Positions 35,998 to 48,201 are shown, numbered from the whole stretch's first letter. The stretch: DNA of 60,977 nt, filler included, from Dimargaris cristalligena (GCA_003614675.1; 4 parts of 4 records of this genome joined end to end with filler, not necessarily neighbours in it); one strand, 5' to 3'. Made by a program: numbers and translations. The notes: generated by a model from the sequence alone, not told the origin.

Positions 35998-37666
35998 TCT
36001 AACTGAAATCCGGGCTAGCAAAGAGGACTTTGGTGGTTAGGGTGGTGTCTATAAAATGAAAGGCAATGATGGCCAATGGATCTATGATTGGTGGCGAGTT
36101 GTACCTGTATAGCTAGAAAATGAGGTAGGATTGGATATTTCCCCTGGACTACTACTTCCCCAACCTTTTTATATGAGAGTTGGTGACTGCAATGCCCGCT
36201 CTTGCATTTCAAACCCCCCCCCCCATAAAACCACCACCCTCTAAAATACTCAAAACCACGCTAAAACCAACCCCCCTTCCCCAGCGTAATACATCCGTTG
36301 TACAACGCACATGAACTAAATCATCATTCCAGAATTACTCGTATGGCCTAAATGTACAGATAAAACGGAATTCTGCGGCCCAACCGGCTAATATGGTAAC
36401 GGCAACGGGTCGCAGGGGTACGTCAGTGAGCTTTCTAAAGGCCAGTTGAGCCACTTTGAGGTCGTGCAAGTGGGGTTTGCCGCTGGGTCTGGATACCTTC
36501 GTAGCTAAATCCCTACCCCTTCGCTTGTTGTTGTAGTTTTTAAACTGCATATTGGCCCGATGAAGGTCGAACGGACCATACGCACTATCCGCCATCTTGC
36601 GTTTAGGGCTGGCTACTCCCATTGGCCTGGGTCCACTAGCCGTTCCGTACTAAGCATTCCCACGAATAATGTGCCACTCACTACAGCTTTAAGTGTAACT
36701 CCATTCATGCTGTACGTTGCCCTCGTCTTTACCGCATGTCCAACTGACGGTCGATTATTTTATCTGCAATGGTGGTTGCAATACGCTGGTAGTTGATAGT
36801 ATCCGGAGAAGGTGATGGGGACCCTGCTGTCGCACCAGCCGACGCACTAGCCCCTTCTCTGTTCCCCCTTCCACTTTTTATTGGCAGCCATCTAGGGAGT
36901 GCAACATGGCGCTTTAACCCTAGTTCTTTTTGGTAATTCCATAAGACATGCGTATGTGTGTGCGTGTGTCAGGTATATGGACTGGTCCGGCTAACTTATA
37001 AACTGGATGGAGGGGGAAGGTCGCTTGAACCTCGAGGCACACCCTCCACGTATATCGGCGATGCCTTAACTTGGACCGATTGTATGGCAAGCTTCAGATT
37101 TCATTGATCCATGCGCATCTTTCACCCCAGCACACCAAGGGTAGGTGGCTACCCATGAATAGTCATCAATTCATGGCCAAAAGAACGCGTCCCAAACCAC
37201 ATATGAGCGCCTATTCTGTATGGTTCTATAATTTATCCGTTTATACGTCTAGTACGCGAAATGGAGGAAGTATGGGAAGTAGCTAACCCCTGGGAAATAT
37301 GGGCCATTTGCGAGGAGTCAACTTTAAGCTAGACATAGTGCAGGGAAACTACTCAGCGTGAATGACTGGATCCAATGAGATGGAACAATTGGGTATGCAT
37401 AATCACCAAGAACGGTATGTAGAGTGCAGGTATGATGAACCCCCCACACCACGGTGCGGAATTATATAATTACTTGATAAACACCCTCTCATTCGACTGT
37501 ATAATTTAGTAGATTCCAGATATGTAATTGATTTATATACAATTACAGATAATGAAGAGCTAACGCGCGAATTTAAGCATAATAATAATGTAATTTTTAG
37601 TTATGTACATATACATGTATATATATATATCAAATCACGCTATAAACGATGAATGGGATACCCAGG

Positions 37667-38056
37667 CTAATTCCCGCTTACATCTTTACCAAAGCCTTCA
37701 ATCTTAGAGCCAAGATTTTTACGCTTATCATCAACGGTATTTTTAACTGTTTCCTGGACTTGATTTGCGGCATCCTTGGCCCTTTTCGCGGCCTCTTCAG
37801 TCTCATTTTTGACCTTTTCCGCGGCCTTTCCAGCGGTTTCACCGATGCTCTTACCCACTGCCTTACCCCCGTGGACTACCGCACCTGCGGCCCCCGCCAT
37901 GGAAGCGATGATACCGGATCCGCCCAGTATGGCGTCATTTTTGGCCTTGTCGGCTTCTTCCGCTGCAGTGTCACGACGAACTAATGGAGTAGGCAAAGCG
38001 GCGGCAGTTGCTACGAGAAACACGGCGGCAAATGGGATGATCAAGCTGGACCGCAT
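37667..38056 (-). CDS. Small secreted amphipathic Ala/Gly/Lys/Glu-rich protein with Kex2 site (129 aa)
   Basis: Signal peptide, LPTPLVRR propeptide and LEA-like helical mature part; likely 5' UTR intron 38232-38066 and TATA near 38450. Confidence 0.85.
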   Translation of the reverse strand: MRSSLIIPFAAVFLVATAAALPTPLVRRDTAAEEADKAKNDAILGGSGIIASMAGAAGAVVHGGKAVGKSIGETAGKAAEKVKNETEEAAKRAKDAANQVQETVKNTVDDKRKNLGSKIEGFGKDVSGN

Positions 38057-40168
38057 TTTTAGGATCTATAGCGATAGTAGGCATAGATGGATAGCCATGC
38101 AGGGGAGTGTGGAATAGAGAAGTCATTTCGGTTAGTACGGGTATGGGTAAGCAGGGCTTAAAGGGTATCGGGATAGGTGCAAATGGGAGTATAACCCATA
38201 GAATAGAAAATCATATAGGAAGATAAACTTACATTAGGATATGTAGAGGGGAAGGGGAGGGGGGAGTTAAAAAGAGTTCGAACGAAAGGCTGGCTCTCGT
38301 ATATTACGATTATTATTATTATTATTATTTAATATATAAAAAAGAGAGAGAGAGGCGAAGAGAGAATGGACGGGGGAAGTATAGAAAAGGTAGTGGATCT
38401 GTTGGTGGTAATGATGGAGTTATCAGGGGGTGGCAACCCCGCTGTATTTATATGAAGGCAGACGAGCTCAAGGGGATATATTGGAGGGACCATCCGACCG
38501 GGGAACCAATATTCAACGTTTATGTAGGAGCGGCGACATAGAATAGGGACAAGGGGCGAGACAGCGACCGCGGTAGCCAAGACAATGGCGAAGAAATTGC
38601 TTGGGGACCCGAGTTTAGTGGCGCAAGGGTCCCAATGGCGCATCCGAACAGCCACCCCCCCCTGGTCTCCGGACGCTCCTTCCTACCTATGCATCTGCCT
38701 ACAAGGGAAAGAGGAGGGAAGAAGAAGGGAATGGAGGAAAAGGCAAGTAGCCTACAATGGGAATACTGAAGTCGCCGTTGGTCGTTTTATTGGCCGATTA
38801 TCGGACTAAACGCTTGGCATTGGATGATAGAGCGAGCTACAAAGCACGCACCTGACCCCGCCAAACAAAGGGGGGAAATGGCGGCTTGAGTTCAAGGCCA
38901 TTATGGGATCGCTGTTCCGGCCTATACGACCAAGACTAAATACCAGCCCCTACTTTGTAAAAAGTTCATCGGGGTTATTCACTTTACCAATTCTTACTCC
39001 TCCGGTTGCTTTCCTCTCTTCATACTATAGTAGATGCCCCCCCTTGGCCCCATGCTAAATTACAGGAGCTACTAGGACACGGGTATGGAGATCCAGCCGG
39101 ACACTGCCCTCTTCACTCCCGACAATACCTATGGAGGGGATACCGACGAAAACGGCGACCACAACGGCAAGGCTTGGCATCGAATTTCCGATATGGGTTC
39201 TGGGAAGTCGGGGGCTGGGTAGTAATTGGCCTCGAGGACGTTTCGCAAATCGCCTCTCCTCCTTTGGCCCCCGAGCACCACCGCATGGGGCTTATAAGTA
39301 CGAAGCCCATTATCCGCATTTTGCATTGATCCGCCCTTCCCCAGCCTCCTTACTCATGGAGAACCTGCATTCATTATAAAGATATACCAGGAATTCGGAA
39401 TGGCCCACATAGGTATGGGGATAAACCAAGCGTGGAGGCGTGCCCTAATGTATTGTTAAAGCCTGTCGACCACCACCGTGGGTGGGTTTGTGGCAACGAA
39501 TTTGACCTGCTAATATCTCTTGGTGAAACTATCGCTCATTCCCCGCCAGTTTGCCATCTCGGATGGTCGCTTTCCCGATATCGACTCGTGCAATATATAA
39601 AAAGCACTATCTATTGTACAACGAGATACACTGGATGACAAATATATAGTACCCATGAGATAAGACTGATTAACCTCCAGAGTGCCAGCAGGGCCGCATT
39701 GTCTGCACGATTTGGTTTGGGGAATGTGTAGGTCCACGCGAAATAGTGGGCTCAGGGGGTTGCGTCCGGCTCCTTTATATAACCATTGCAATTTAATTTA
39801 ATGGTCACCGTATTCAAAGGAGAATGAGTGGAGGGGTGGACAAGGACGCTGAATTTCCTTCTATGTTTTGGAATGACAGAGTAAGGGGGAGGGGGATACA
39901 TAAACTAAATAGTATGGGCAGTAGCAGTGCGAGGCCGAGAATGGACAACAGCCAACCCCAGCTTGGGTATTTCGGGAGGCATTCACAGTGCACATCGCAT
40001 CAACCCAACCGCTCAGCGGAGTCCATTCAACTCTCCTGTGCATGTTGGCACCAGTGAGTTTCCCGCACCACGATTAGGTAGCATTGGTTTTACCGCCATT
40101 AGTACGCATCTAGTAATTAACAATCGGCTATCTTTATAAATACAGAGAGGTCTACCCCAATATAATAT

Positions 40169-40444
40169 GGGTGAAGTTCAGCTTGGCTGTATAAGGTTTT
40201 ATCTGGATGAAATTCAAACCAGCTGTATAAGGCTTTTCATAATACGTGTATGGGCGAACATATGTGAGAATAGCTTTTAACCAGTAATATTGGCCTCACC
40301 CAACGGATTTTTCATTATACAGCCTGAATGAACTTCTCCCATCTGGTATGTGCATGGGAAAATCGGTAGGAGGTTTATTTTCAACTAGTAGTATTTGCCT
40401 CATCAAATGGATTTTTAGTTATACAGCCTAGTTGAACTACTTCC
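40169..40444 (+). mobile_element. MITE subfamily A (outer element) interrupted by a nested subfamily B copy
   Basis: ATAT flanks; removing 40205-40344 restores a 136-bp element colinear with the 17169 copy. Confidence 0.9.
40205..40340 (+). mobile_element. 136-bp MITE subfamily B, nested insertion
   Basis: ATCT|GGATGAAATTCAAACC ... GAACTTCTCCC|ATCT direct duplication; closely similar to the 28305 and 41390 copies. Confidence 0.92.
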
Positions 40445-40957
40445 ATATTGCTGTGAAATATATTGAGAAAAACTGTTTACCTGCTAATAATAATGCCTCA
40501 TTAGGGCGACAATGGTTAATAAGGTAGGCAGTCAGTATTGAACGGTCCAAAATAAACCCGCGACTATATAGTGGCTTGCATGGAAATCGGTAGATAGTAC
40601 CATTAGTAAAGGCAGTCTGGCTTTGTTTTGGCCCCCAATAATCTTACTTCGGGCGAGTTGTATACTGAGATTTTTACGTTATGACCCCCTTCAGATCGAG
40701 TCGACCGACAATAGTGCCGACCATAGTTCCAGGAAGTCCTTCTGCCGACCAGATCGCCCCTCTATTAGATGCTAGGACTGCCGCTAAACTTTAAATTACA
40801 GTATCCCGAGTCCAAATGGAAGTTAATGATAGTGCTTTATTGATGCAGAGCCGGCCAAAGTAGCGAATGCATAAAACGGAATTTTAAAAAAATGAATATG
40901 AGGGCAATGGCCAGGCTATAATATATATATATATATATATTAAAAATGGAAGCTGGT

Positions 40958-41278
40958 TTATTTCTTGCCGGCGATTACTCTACCCTTTTGCTCTATCTTC
41001 TCGCCCAAACTCTGGCGGGCCCCCTTGGCAGCGCCTTTAATTTTGTTGGTGATGGAATTCACCCGGGCAATACCCCCTGCAACTTTATTTTCGACTTTGT
41101 TGTATGAACTCTTAGCAGCCCCCGCGATGGCTTTACCCACATGACCAGCAGCCTCTCCTAGGCTCTTTCCGGCCTTACTTAATTCACCTCCCTGGCGGCG
41201 CACTAGTACGTTGGGGTGAGTAGAAGCAGTCGCCATGAGGCACACGACGGAGAGGACGAGCAGTAAATGGAAGCGCAT
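40958..41278 (-). CDS. Small secreted cationic amphipathic protein with Kex2 site (106 aa), paralog of 37667-38056
   Basis: Signal peptide and LVRR; shares GKS(L/I)GE(A/T)AG and LG(E/S)KIE-x-x-G-x-x-(I/V)-x-G with the paralog; likely 5' UTR intron 41644-41312. Confidence 0.85.
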   Translation of the reverse strand: MRFHLLLVLSVVCLMATASTHPNVLVRRQGGELSKAGKSLGEAAGHVGKAIAGAAKSSYNKVENKVAGGIARVNSITNKIKGAAKGARQSLGEKIEQKGRVIAGKK

Positions 41279-41389
41279 GGTTGAGGAGTTTTTTTAAAAT
41301 AAAAAAAAAACCTGGAGAATCGGCGGGAGAGGGGCGCGATACAAAGGTGGAATGGGGGAGGTTAGAAATCAACGGTAGGGAAAAGATGT

Positions 41390-41525
41390 GGGAGAGGTTC
41401 ATTCAGGCTGTATAACGAAAAATCCATTGGATGAGGCCAATGTTACTGGTTAAAAGGTATTCTCTCATATATTCGCCCATATACGTATTATGTAAGCCCT
41501 TATACAGCTGGTTTGAATTTCACCC
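41390..41525 (-). mobile_element. 136-bp MITE subfamily B
   Basis: Reverse complement match to 40205-40340; flanks ATGT / ATAT. Confidence 0.9.
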
Positions 41526-42049
41526 ATATATATATTGGTAGGTTTGAATTAATGGTGAGGGTGAATATTATACTACTCCGCCTGCAAGAACGAGCCGATA
41601 GTATTGAGTGAGGGGGGGGTGTTTAAATAGGTGGATTGCCTTACTTAATGAGGGTTGAGGAAGTTGAGAAATCGTTGAAAAGGGGTTGCTATGTATGCAA
41701 TCGGCGGATGTGAGAGGTAAGTAAAATGTCGAGGAAGTGTATGGTGGAGATATATAGAAATGAATCTTGGTGTTAATGATGGCTATGGAAGAGAGCGAAC
41801 ATGGGGTATTTATACCGCCTAGACCTGCGAAGGTGGGAGAGCTGCCCACCCCAGCGACTCAACCGCCCTACCACACACACCCTTACTAACTCGGAGGGTA
41901 ACACTTAACAGTGTCTACAGTGATACTCCCCGATTCAATCCTTCAGGGATCTGAATGGCCCAGATAAAGGAAGCTACAGTGGGGGTTACGATACTCCGCT
42001 TCTTTATGATGTTTCATCTGCCATGTGCTTGACGCCGCCTTAAGCATGT

Positions 42050-42184
42050 GGGTGAAATTCGGACCAATTGTATAAGAGTTAAATTGAGATGCGTAGGGGA
42101 AAATAATCAGGGGTATCGTTTTTACTAACAGGATTTTCCTCATCTAACGAACCTTTTGCGATACAGCTTGGTTGAACATCTCGC
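42050..42184 (+). mobile_element. Divergent copy of the MITE family
   Basis: GGGTGAAATTCGGACCAATTGTATAA ... ATACAGCTTGGTTGAACATCTCGC. Confidence 0.72.
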
Positions 42185-43479
42185 ACACCCTCGATCAAAA
42201 TACCTCTGAAAGGAGGGGGGCGGCTACGGCTACGAAATCTTGAATGTTATCCATTCGCCAGCGTTCATTAGCGACGACCAAAGCGAATTTCCTGAGTAGG
42301 AGGGGGCACTGGTGGGGGGGAGGGGCAAATCCAGTGGATCCCAACACCTGATATTCACCCTTTGTATCGAATTGGGAGTGGGTTTAAATGCTAGGAAAAT
42401 CGCAGTATAGACACAGACTCTAGGTGAGGAGGGAAAGCCCCATTAGTTTACCTATTTTTCTCTTCAGAGTATCCATCGCTGCTGTTCTTGCCGCCCATCA
42501 TGACAAAGAATCCATGGTTAGATTCGATAGGCGTTTACTATGGCCTGCCCTCCCTTGAACACCCTAGCTTTTGTTGATAAGGGGTAATCGCAATTCCGTA
42601 TATTTCCCCATCTCCCTCCGTTCTCTACACCTCTAGCCAACGGGGGGGCTCCCGTATTTTTAGACACTCTCGCCTCCGGTCGATATAGCCTACTATTAAG
42701 CGCACTAGACAATGGATCTTGTACCAACAAGGGTCTCGAACAACGGACAATCCGGTCGGATCTAGGCTGTCGATTTCTCGTATTAAACTCGGACCGAAAC
42801 AAGGCAGTAGCCAGTAAATCGGAAGGATAAGCCAGTAAGGGTTTCATCTCATTGAGCGGGGCTCCAGACATCCACCAAACCTCGCTAAGAGTTGGCTCTA
42901 TAGGGCATATTGAAACCCCGTTTAATGAGACAATTTCATTCGCAGTAACCACTATTACTATCGCTCGCTTAGTAGAGAGTAACCCTCCTACACCACGGTA
43001 GGTCCTCAACCATGACCACTACTAGACTGCAGAGGCTCTACCCAATATGTAGTGTGTGAGTTGTGTGTATAGGGACGAGGGTGTAAGAACAGTAGTAATA
43101 TTAACATGGTATATCGTTATTTAGATAACATCCAAGGCACCAGGCTTAATTCAAGTGTTTAAGGGAGATAAGACCAAGTAAAGAAAATATGGGAGAGGGG
43201 ATTGCTGCGGTATGTCGGTATATAGGGTAAAAACACCACCGGCCTTTATTTTAAAACCACCGAATAAAACAAAAGCGAAGAGGTACATATGATAACGACA
43301 CGACACAGGAGGGAATATGGAGGGGGAAGGGTTGAGCGAAGGGGCGGAAGAGAGGAGATGGGGGGTTAGGGTAGGGTAAGAGTAGTAGGGGATAGGTGGC
43401 TTCGCCCAGGGTAGAAAACGGGGCCCTAGGCACCACACACACAGTTTTAAAAGCTTGTAGAGTTGTGGTGGTGGTACGT

Positions 43480-44450
43480 TTATTCCTCATCTTCGTCAGC
43501 ATCACCGCTGGCGTTAGCGTTACGGAGCTTCTTGCGCTTGACGCGGCCGGGGCGGCCGCCGCCGAAGGGCGAGGTGATGGCGAAGTCAATGTGCTTCTGG
43601 GAGTCCAGACGGACGATGAAAGAAGGCACGTTGACCATCTGCTTGCCGACGCTGGAGAGGGGAAATAATACCGAGGAGGGATAGAGTGAGAGATGGGTAA
43701 TGGGGTTAGTTGTGGATCTCGGATGGTCAATAAAAAGGGCCATGCCGACCCGAAATGTAAGGATCAGGGTTCCATCAAATCGGGAAGAATATATCTGAAC
43801 GGAAAAGGGGGAGGGAATTCCACTAGAGATAATCCAAGGGAAGGGACATTGGGGGGTGTGCTCCAGTAGTAGTAGTAAAAATACTCTACGACCTGCCCCC
43901 TCGAGTAAGAATATACCACTGCCTAGTATAACCAAGGAGGCGGTAACAAATAAATATATAAAATAATAATAGACAAGCGAAAAGAGATGAAGGAACCGAG
44001 CAGCCGACTCGATTCAGCGGGCAGCGCGAAACAGATGCAAAGTGAGACTTACCGGATGTGACGCTGGCGGATCAGCACACGGGCGTGGTGGATGGACTTG
44101 GCAAGACCGAGCTTGAAGACCTGGGTCTGCAGACGGCGTTCCAAAAAGTCCTCGATCTTCAGACCCAGCACGTAATCGAGCTTGGCCTTGGATTCGTCGA
44201 GCACTCCGATGCGGATCAGACGACGGATCAGAGCGTTACCTTCGAACAGACGGCGGGGATCCTTGGCCTCCAGAGTGAGCAGCTCACGGGCGGCACGACG
44301 GATGTTGGACAGGGTGTAGGCCACACGCCAGATCTCGCGCTTGCAGCGGAGGCCGTATTCACCGACCAGCTTCAGTTCCTGGTCCAGACGCTCCTTTTCG
44401 AAAGGGCGACGGGGGACCTTGTAGGTCTTGGAGCAGTTTCTGGGGGGCAT
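43480..44450 (-). CDS. RPS9: 40S ribosomal protein S9 / uS4 (exons 44450-44053, 43651-43480)
   Basis: [23 protein letters not shown]...[17 protein letters not shown] joined across a GT-AG intron to [23 protein letters not shown]...GRPGRVKRK. Confidence 0.98.
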
Positions 44451-45405
44451 GATTCACACAACTACACGAAATAGCGTATAGTTAAAGGGAGGATACGGGG
44501 TATAGGCACAGATGCACAGTGTGTGTGGTTACGATCACCAAACGAAGCAAGTAGGTAAAAACCGTTGCAACAGAAACTAAAAGAGGAGGAAATCAGATCG
44601 GCCCTGGGCCCAAGGCCCTACTAATAGAACTTCCCCACCACCCACCCACTTTTTCCTGGCTACTATGCTCGCGCATTTAATGAGACTCTCCCCCCGTAAC
44701 CCTCTATAATCAGCCATTGAGAGGCCCCGCTTCCCGCCCATTTCCTCGACCCATGGGTACTTTTAAATTCCTGCCCGCTTATTTTTTTTCTACACGGGTG
44801 TAGCCGCCGCTATACAATAATGTCGCCACTACCCCCTCTCCATAGCATATGGCGCCTATAGTGAGCCGGTAGGGCTAAAGAGGGCCAAATAACCAGAATC
44901 CGGTGTATGTAGTAACGTCTGTTCTTTTTCCAACGGTGAAAAAAATAGCCTGACGAGTGCCTGTAGAATCTAAAATCTCCCATAGTGAACCGTGGCAGAT
45001 TACACCTGTACATTTCTGTTCCCTTTTTTCGCTAGTAAAATTTTTTCACTGCCAATGCGAGAAACTCAGTTAGCGTGGGCGTGGGTTATATGCAGTATGC
45101 AAATGGATGGTCTAGGCCGGAGATTGTCTCAGCTATGGGAGGTTTCATCCACTGTCCCCCAGGAGGTCACGGGTTTGCCATGGTGGTAACGTGAGCCGAA
45201 ATTGCATTGATTCCCCTAGTCTGACGGGGTCTTTAGGTAGTCAGGTGACCTAATATATATTTCACCCTGTAGGCTAGAATGGGGAGAAAAGGGTGTATTA
45301 CATTACTCACCCATATGCCTTGTGGCCTGCTAAGCTAGGAGGCCTCTTCCCCCACTACTAAATATGGAGGGCCCCGTCCAGCGTCATTAATACCCATTGC
45401 ATGAA

Positions 45406-45466
45406 CGAGAGAGAGAGAGCGAGAGAGAGAGAGCGAGAGAGAGAGAGCGAGAGAGAGAGAGCGAGA
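45406..45466. repeat. Compound (GA)n microsatellite, ~14-bp unit (GA)6GC x4
   Basis: Directly visible in the sequence. Confidence 0.9.
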
Positions 45467-45742
45467 GGAAATGAATGGGGGCAGTTGGAATAGCCAGACC
45501 ACCACATAATCTACCCATTCCGATCGAAGCACACAAACTCCCCCCACCGGTGAATCCAGCTGCTCGTACTTTCCATCAATCCTCCGCATCTTCATTGTCC
45601 ATTCCAGCGAAATTCAAGCTCTTTTATTTAATTCCCGCTCTCCCCGGCTAGATCCCCCCCGCCAACACTTTCCCCCTCCCCACACACTCTTCTGCAGTCC
45701 CCTCCGCAACACCCACCAACATGTCCTTCACCGCTATCCTGA

Positions 45743-45842
45743 NNNNNNNNNNNNNNNNNNNNNNNNNNNNNNNNNNNNNNNNNNNNTTAATTAATTAANN
45801 NNNNNNNNNNNNNNNNNNNNNNNNNNNNNNNNNNNNNNNNNN
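45743..45842. other. Artificial contig spacer
   Basis: 44 N + TTAATTAATTAA + 44 N. Confidence 0.97.
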
Positions 45843-46913
45843 CGCCGGTTCGGTGGCCTCGGGACTGCGGGTGAGCTGGATCTTATGGTCGGATATTTGC
45901 AGACCGGATTGTTCCCAGAATACGGGCACACTGCCCCGAAGGGTTAGGTAGCTGTAGCAGCGATTGTCAAGCAGGCAAATCACCTCGGTCTCGACTTCAT
46001 TAGCCACGTTACCCATATCATCCAAACCCCGGGTCAGGTACCGGGCCCCCGTGCGTCCACTGCAGGACCGGGATATGATACACAGATGGCCGTACCCCTC
46101 GGTGGTGTGGGGGAGGGGCACCGAGCCGACGAAGCCCTGAATGAGTGGAATAAAGAGCGACAGGTCGTCCAGCATCTGCTGCTGGGGCTGCTCAAGGCTG
46201 TGGCGGAAGCGCAGCAGGGGCTTGAGCATGAAGGTATTCCACAGGTACTTGGGATCATAGGGGAATTCGCGTTCCGATGAAATCGATTCCGTGTAGCGGG
46301 ACTGGAGGTTCCGGGTTAAGTCCATGCTGGGGCTAAAAAAGAAGGACGCATTGGCGAGATACTGGCTCAGGGCATAGCAGGGGTGGGTTGATGATGAGGA
46401 GCCGTTATGGGCGTACCGCACTGCGGGGGCCTGGCCCGGCTCGTCATACTCGGCGGCGTTCATATCATAGCGATTCCAGTCGTCGTAACGAGACGAATTG
46501 AGCGACAGGAAGACGACCCGGCGTAAACAGAAGGCGGGTTCGCGGGGTAGGACCTGGCAAATAAAGTCGCATTCCGCAATGAGGCCCACGTACACGTCAT
46601 TCTCGTGGTAAATCAGACCGATGCACCCAAAGACTGGATCGCCGTCCAGAATGGAAAAGTCACGCAGCACGGAAGTGGGCTTGAGTTCAATGTCGCACTG
46701 GATAGCCGGGGCTGAGGAGGCCGAACCATCGGCCGCCCGGGGAAGTGGTGCGCGGCCGGCCTCCCGTAGAGAGATGACCACCACTCGGCTATCGAGTCCG
46801 CCGGAGTCCCGACCCGTGCCACCGTCAAGTCGGGTCCGAGAGGGTTGCGTCGGGCATAGGGCGATGGCCCGGGGACGGTCCCGGACGTAGACCATGCATT
46901 GTTTACACTGCAT
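45843..46913 (-). CDS. Sac1-domain phosphoinositide phosphatase, synaptojanin/Inp5x-like, 3' truncated by contig end
   Basis: FFFSPSMDLTRNLQ, YLWNTFML, LIQGFVG, ISRSCSGRTGARYLTRGLDDMGNVANEVETE, LRGSVPVFWEQ. Confidence 0.92.
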
Positions 46914-48201
46914 GGCCAGGCGGTGGCTGGTTAGCAAGGGGGGCGGGAATTCAGATAGAGCTAAGGGTGGGAAGCCAGGAAGCCGCAGGTCGGCGCTGGT
47001 TAAGAAAAAAGAGGGGGAAGGAAACTAGGCTCAAGCCAAACCGAACGAAGCAATTAAGATAAAGGTTCTAGTCAGTAGAATAAATGTATTGCGGAAAAAT
47101 AAGAGAGCTGTAGCTGGGTTGAAATGGATAGAAAACCAAAACAAGATGCCTTACATGTGCTACAGACGTTAGTTGTTAAGCAAGGGCTTGGCTAATATGG
47201 GGTGACGTTGTAGCTCAGAAGTTGGCAACTGTCTGAGAGGCCATGGGACCTATTAAAACATGGGCCAATTGTTTATTCGACGCGGCAATCCAGGTGCAAT
47301 TTTGTGAGAATCGTTTCATGGCTGTGGGGAGGGTTTTGGTTTAAGCTGGATATTACCAGAGTTGTTAATTCGATGGGCTCTACCTGCGTGTATTGCCCAG
47401 ACAACCGATGCCACAGATGTGCTACGTGGCGGCAGCGGCTGCCATAGGGCGGCTTGGGACCCAGTAGGCGAAAGAAGCCGCTGCGTCCTGTTTGCTAGGA
47501 GCCTTTGGATTCTTGGCATAGGCAACCTAGTATAGTATAGTCCAACGTCGGGTCTTATAACCCCTGCACTGAGACGAACTATTCGCTTAATGTGATAGAT
47601 GTGATCGCTAATCAGTCGAACCACATCGATTGTTCTGGCGGGGGTAACTTAACTTCCGCGGTCTATGTTCCATGGGCGGAGTATTGGTGATAGGTTTATA
47701 CCACGTGACTTGAATGGAGCTGCCCCCTTAGGAATGGCGAGGAGGGTTTGTCAGCGCATCCCATCCCTTTGACCTATAGTTGGCGGGGAGTATAATGCGT
47801 GTATGCGCATAGATGTGTGGCGGAAGGGAGAGGATTCATTGGATTCGGTTGAACAGTCTTCTCGCCCCCTTTCCTAGCATATATCCCAGCGTCCCCTCCT
47901 TCCAGTGGAGATGGTGTGGTGAGTAAGCCGAAGCAATCCCGAATGAACACTACTAGACCTTTTGCAGCAAACCAACCGTCCGTTGTTGCTCTCTTCTCTT
48001 CCTTCCCCTTCCATTCCTCTCTAACTCTCCGTGTACTTCAACTATCCCGTCTGTAGCCCTTCGGCTCGTCGTCATTTGTATTGATTCCCCCGTTCTTCTC
48101 CGATTGCGGACACGCCTCATCCTCCGCCGGAGTTTCTCTTATTCACCTCTTTCTCTACCACTAACCTTCCGCTCCCCTGCTTCATACCACTCTTCCGACC
48201 C

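Noticed and set aside
17169-42184. MITE copies as a CRISPR array or tRNA/ncRNA genes
   Set aside because: Dispersed, both orientations, TIR plus target duplication and nesting; no repeat-spacer periodicity, cas genes or cloverleaf
42518-43009. 163-aa minus ORF downstream of RPS9
   Set aside because: Non-ATG start and no recognisable domain or coding-like composition
45721-45742. Possible gene start ATGTCCTTCACCGCT after a pyrimidine-rich leader
   Set aside because: Only 7 codons before the contig end; cannot be identified
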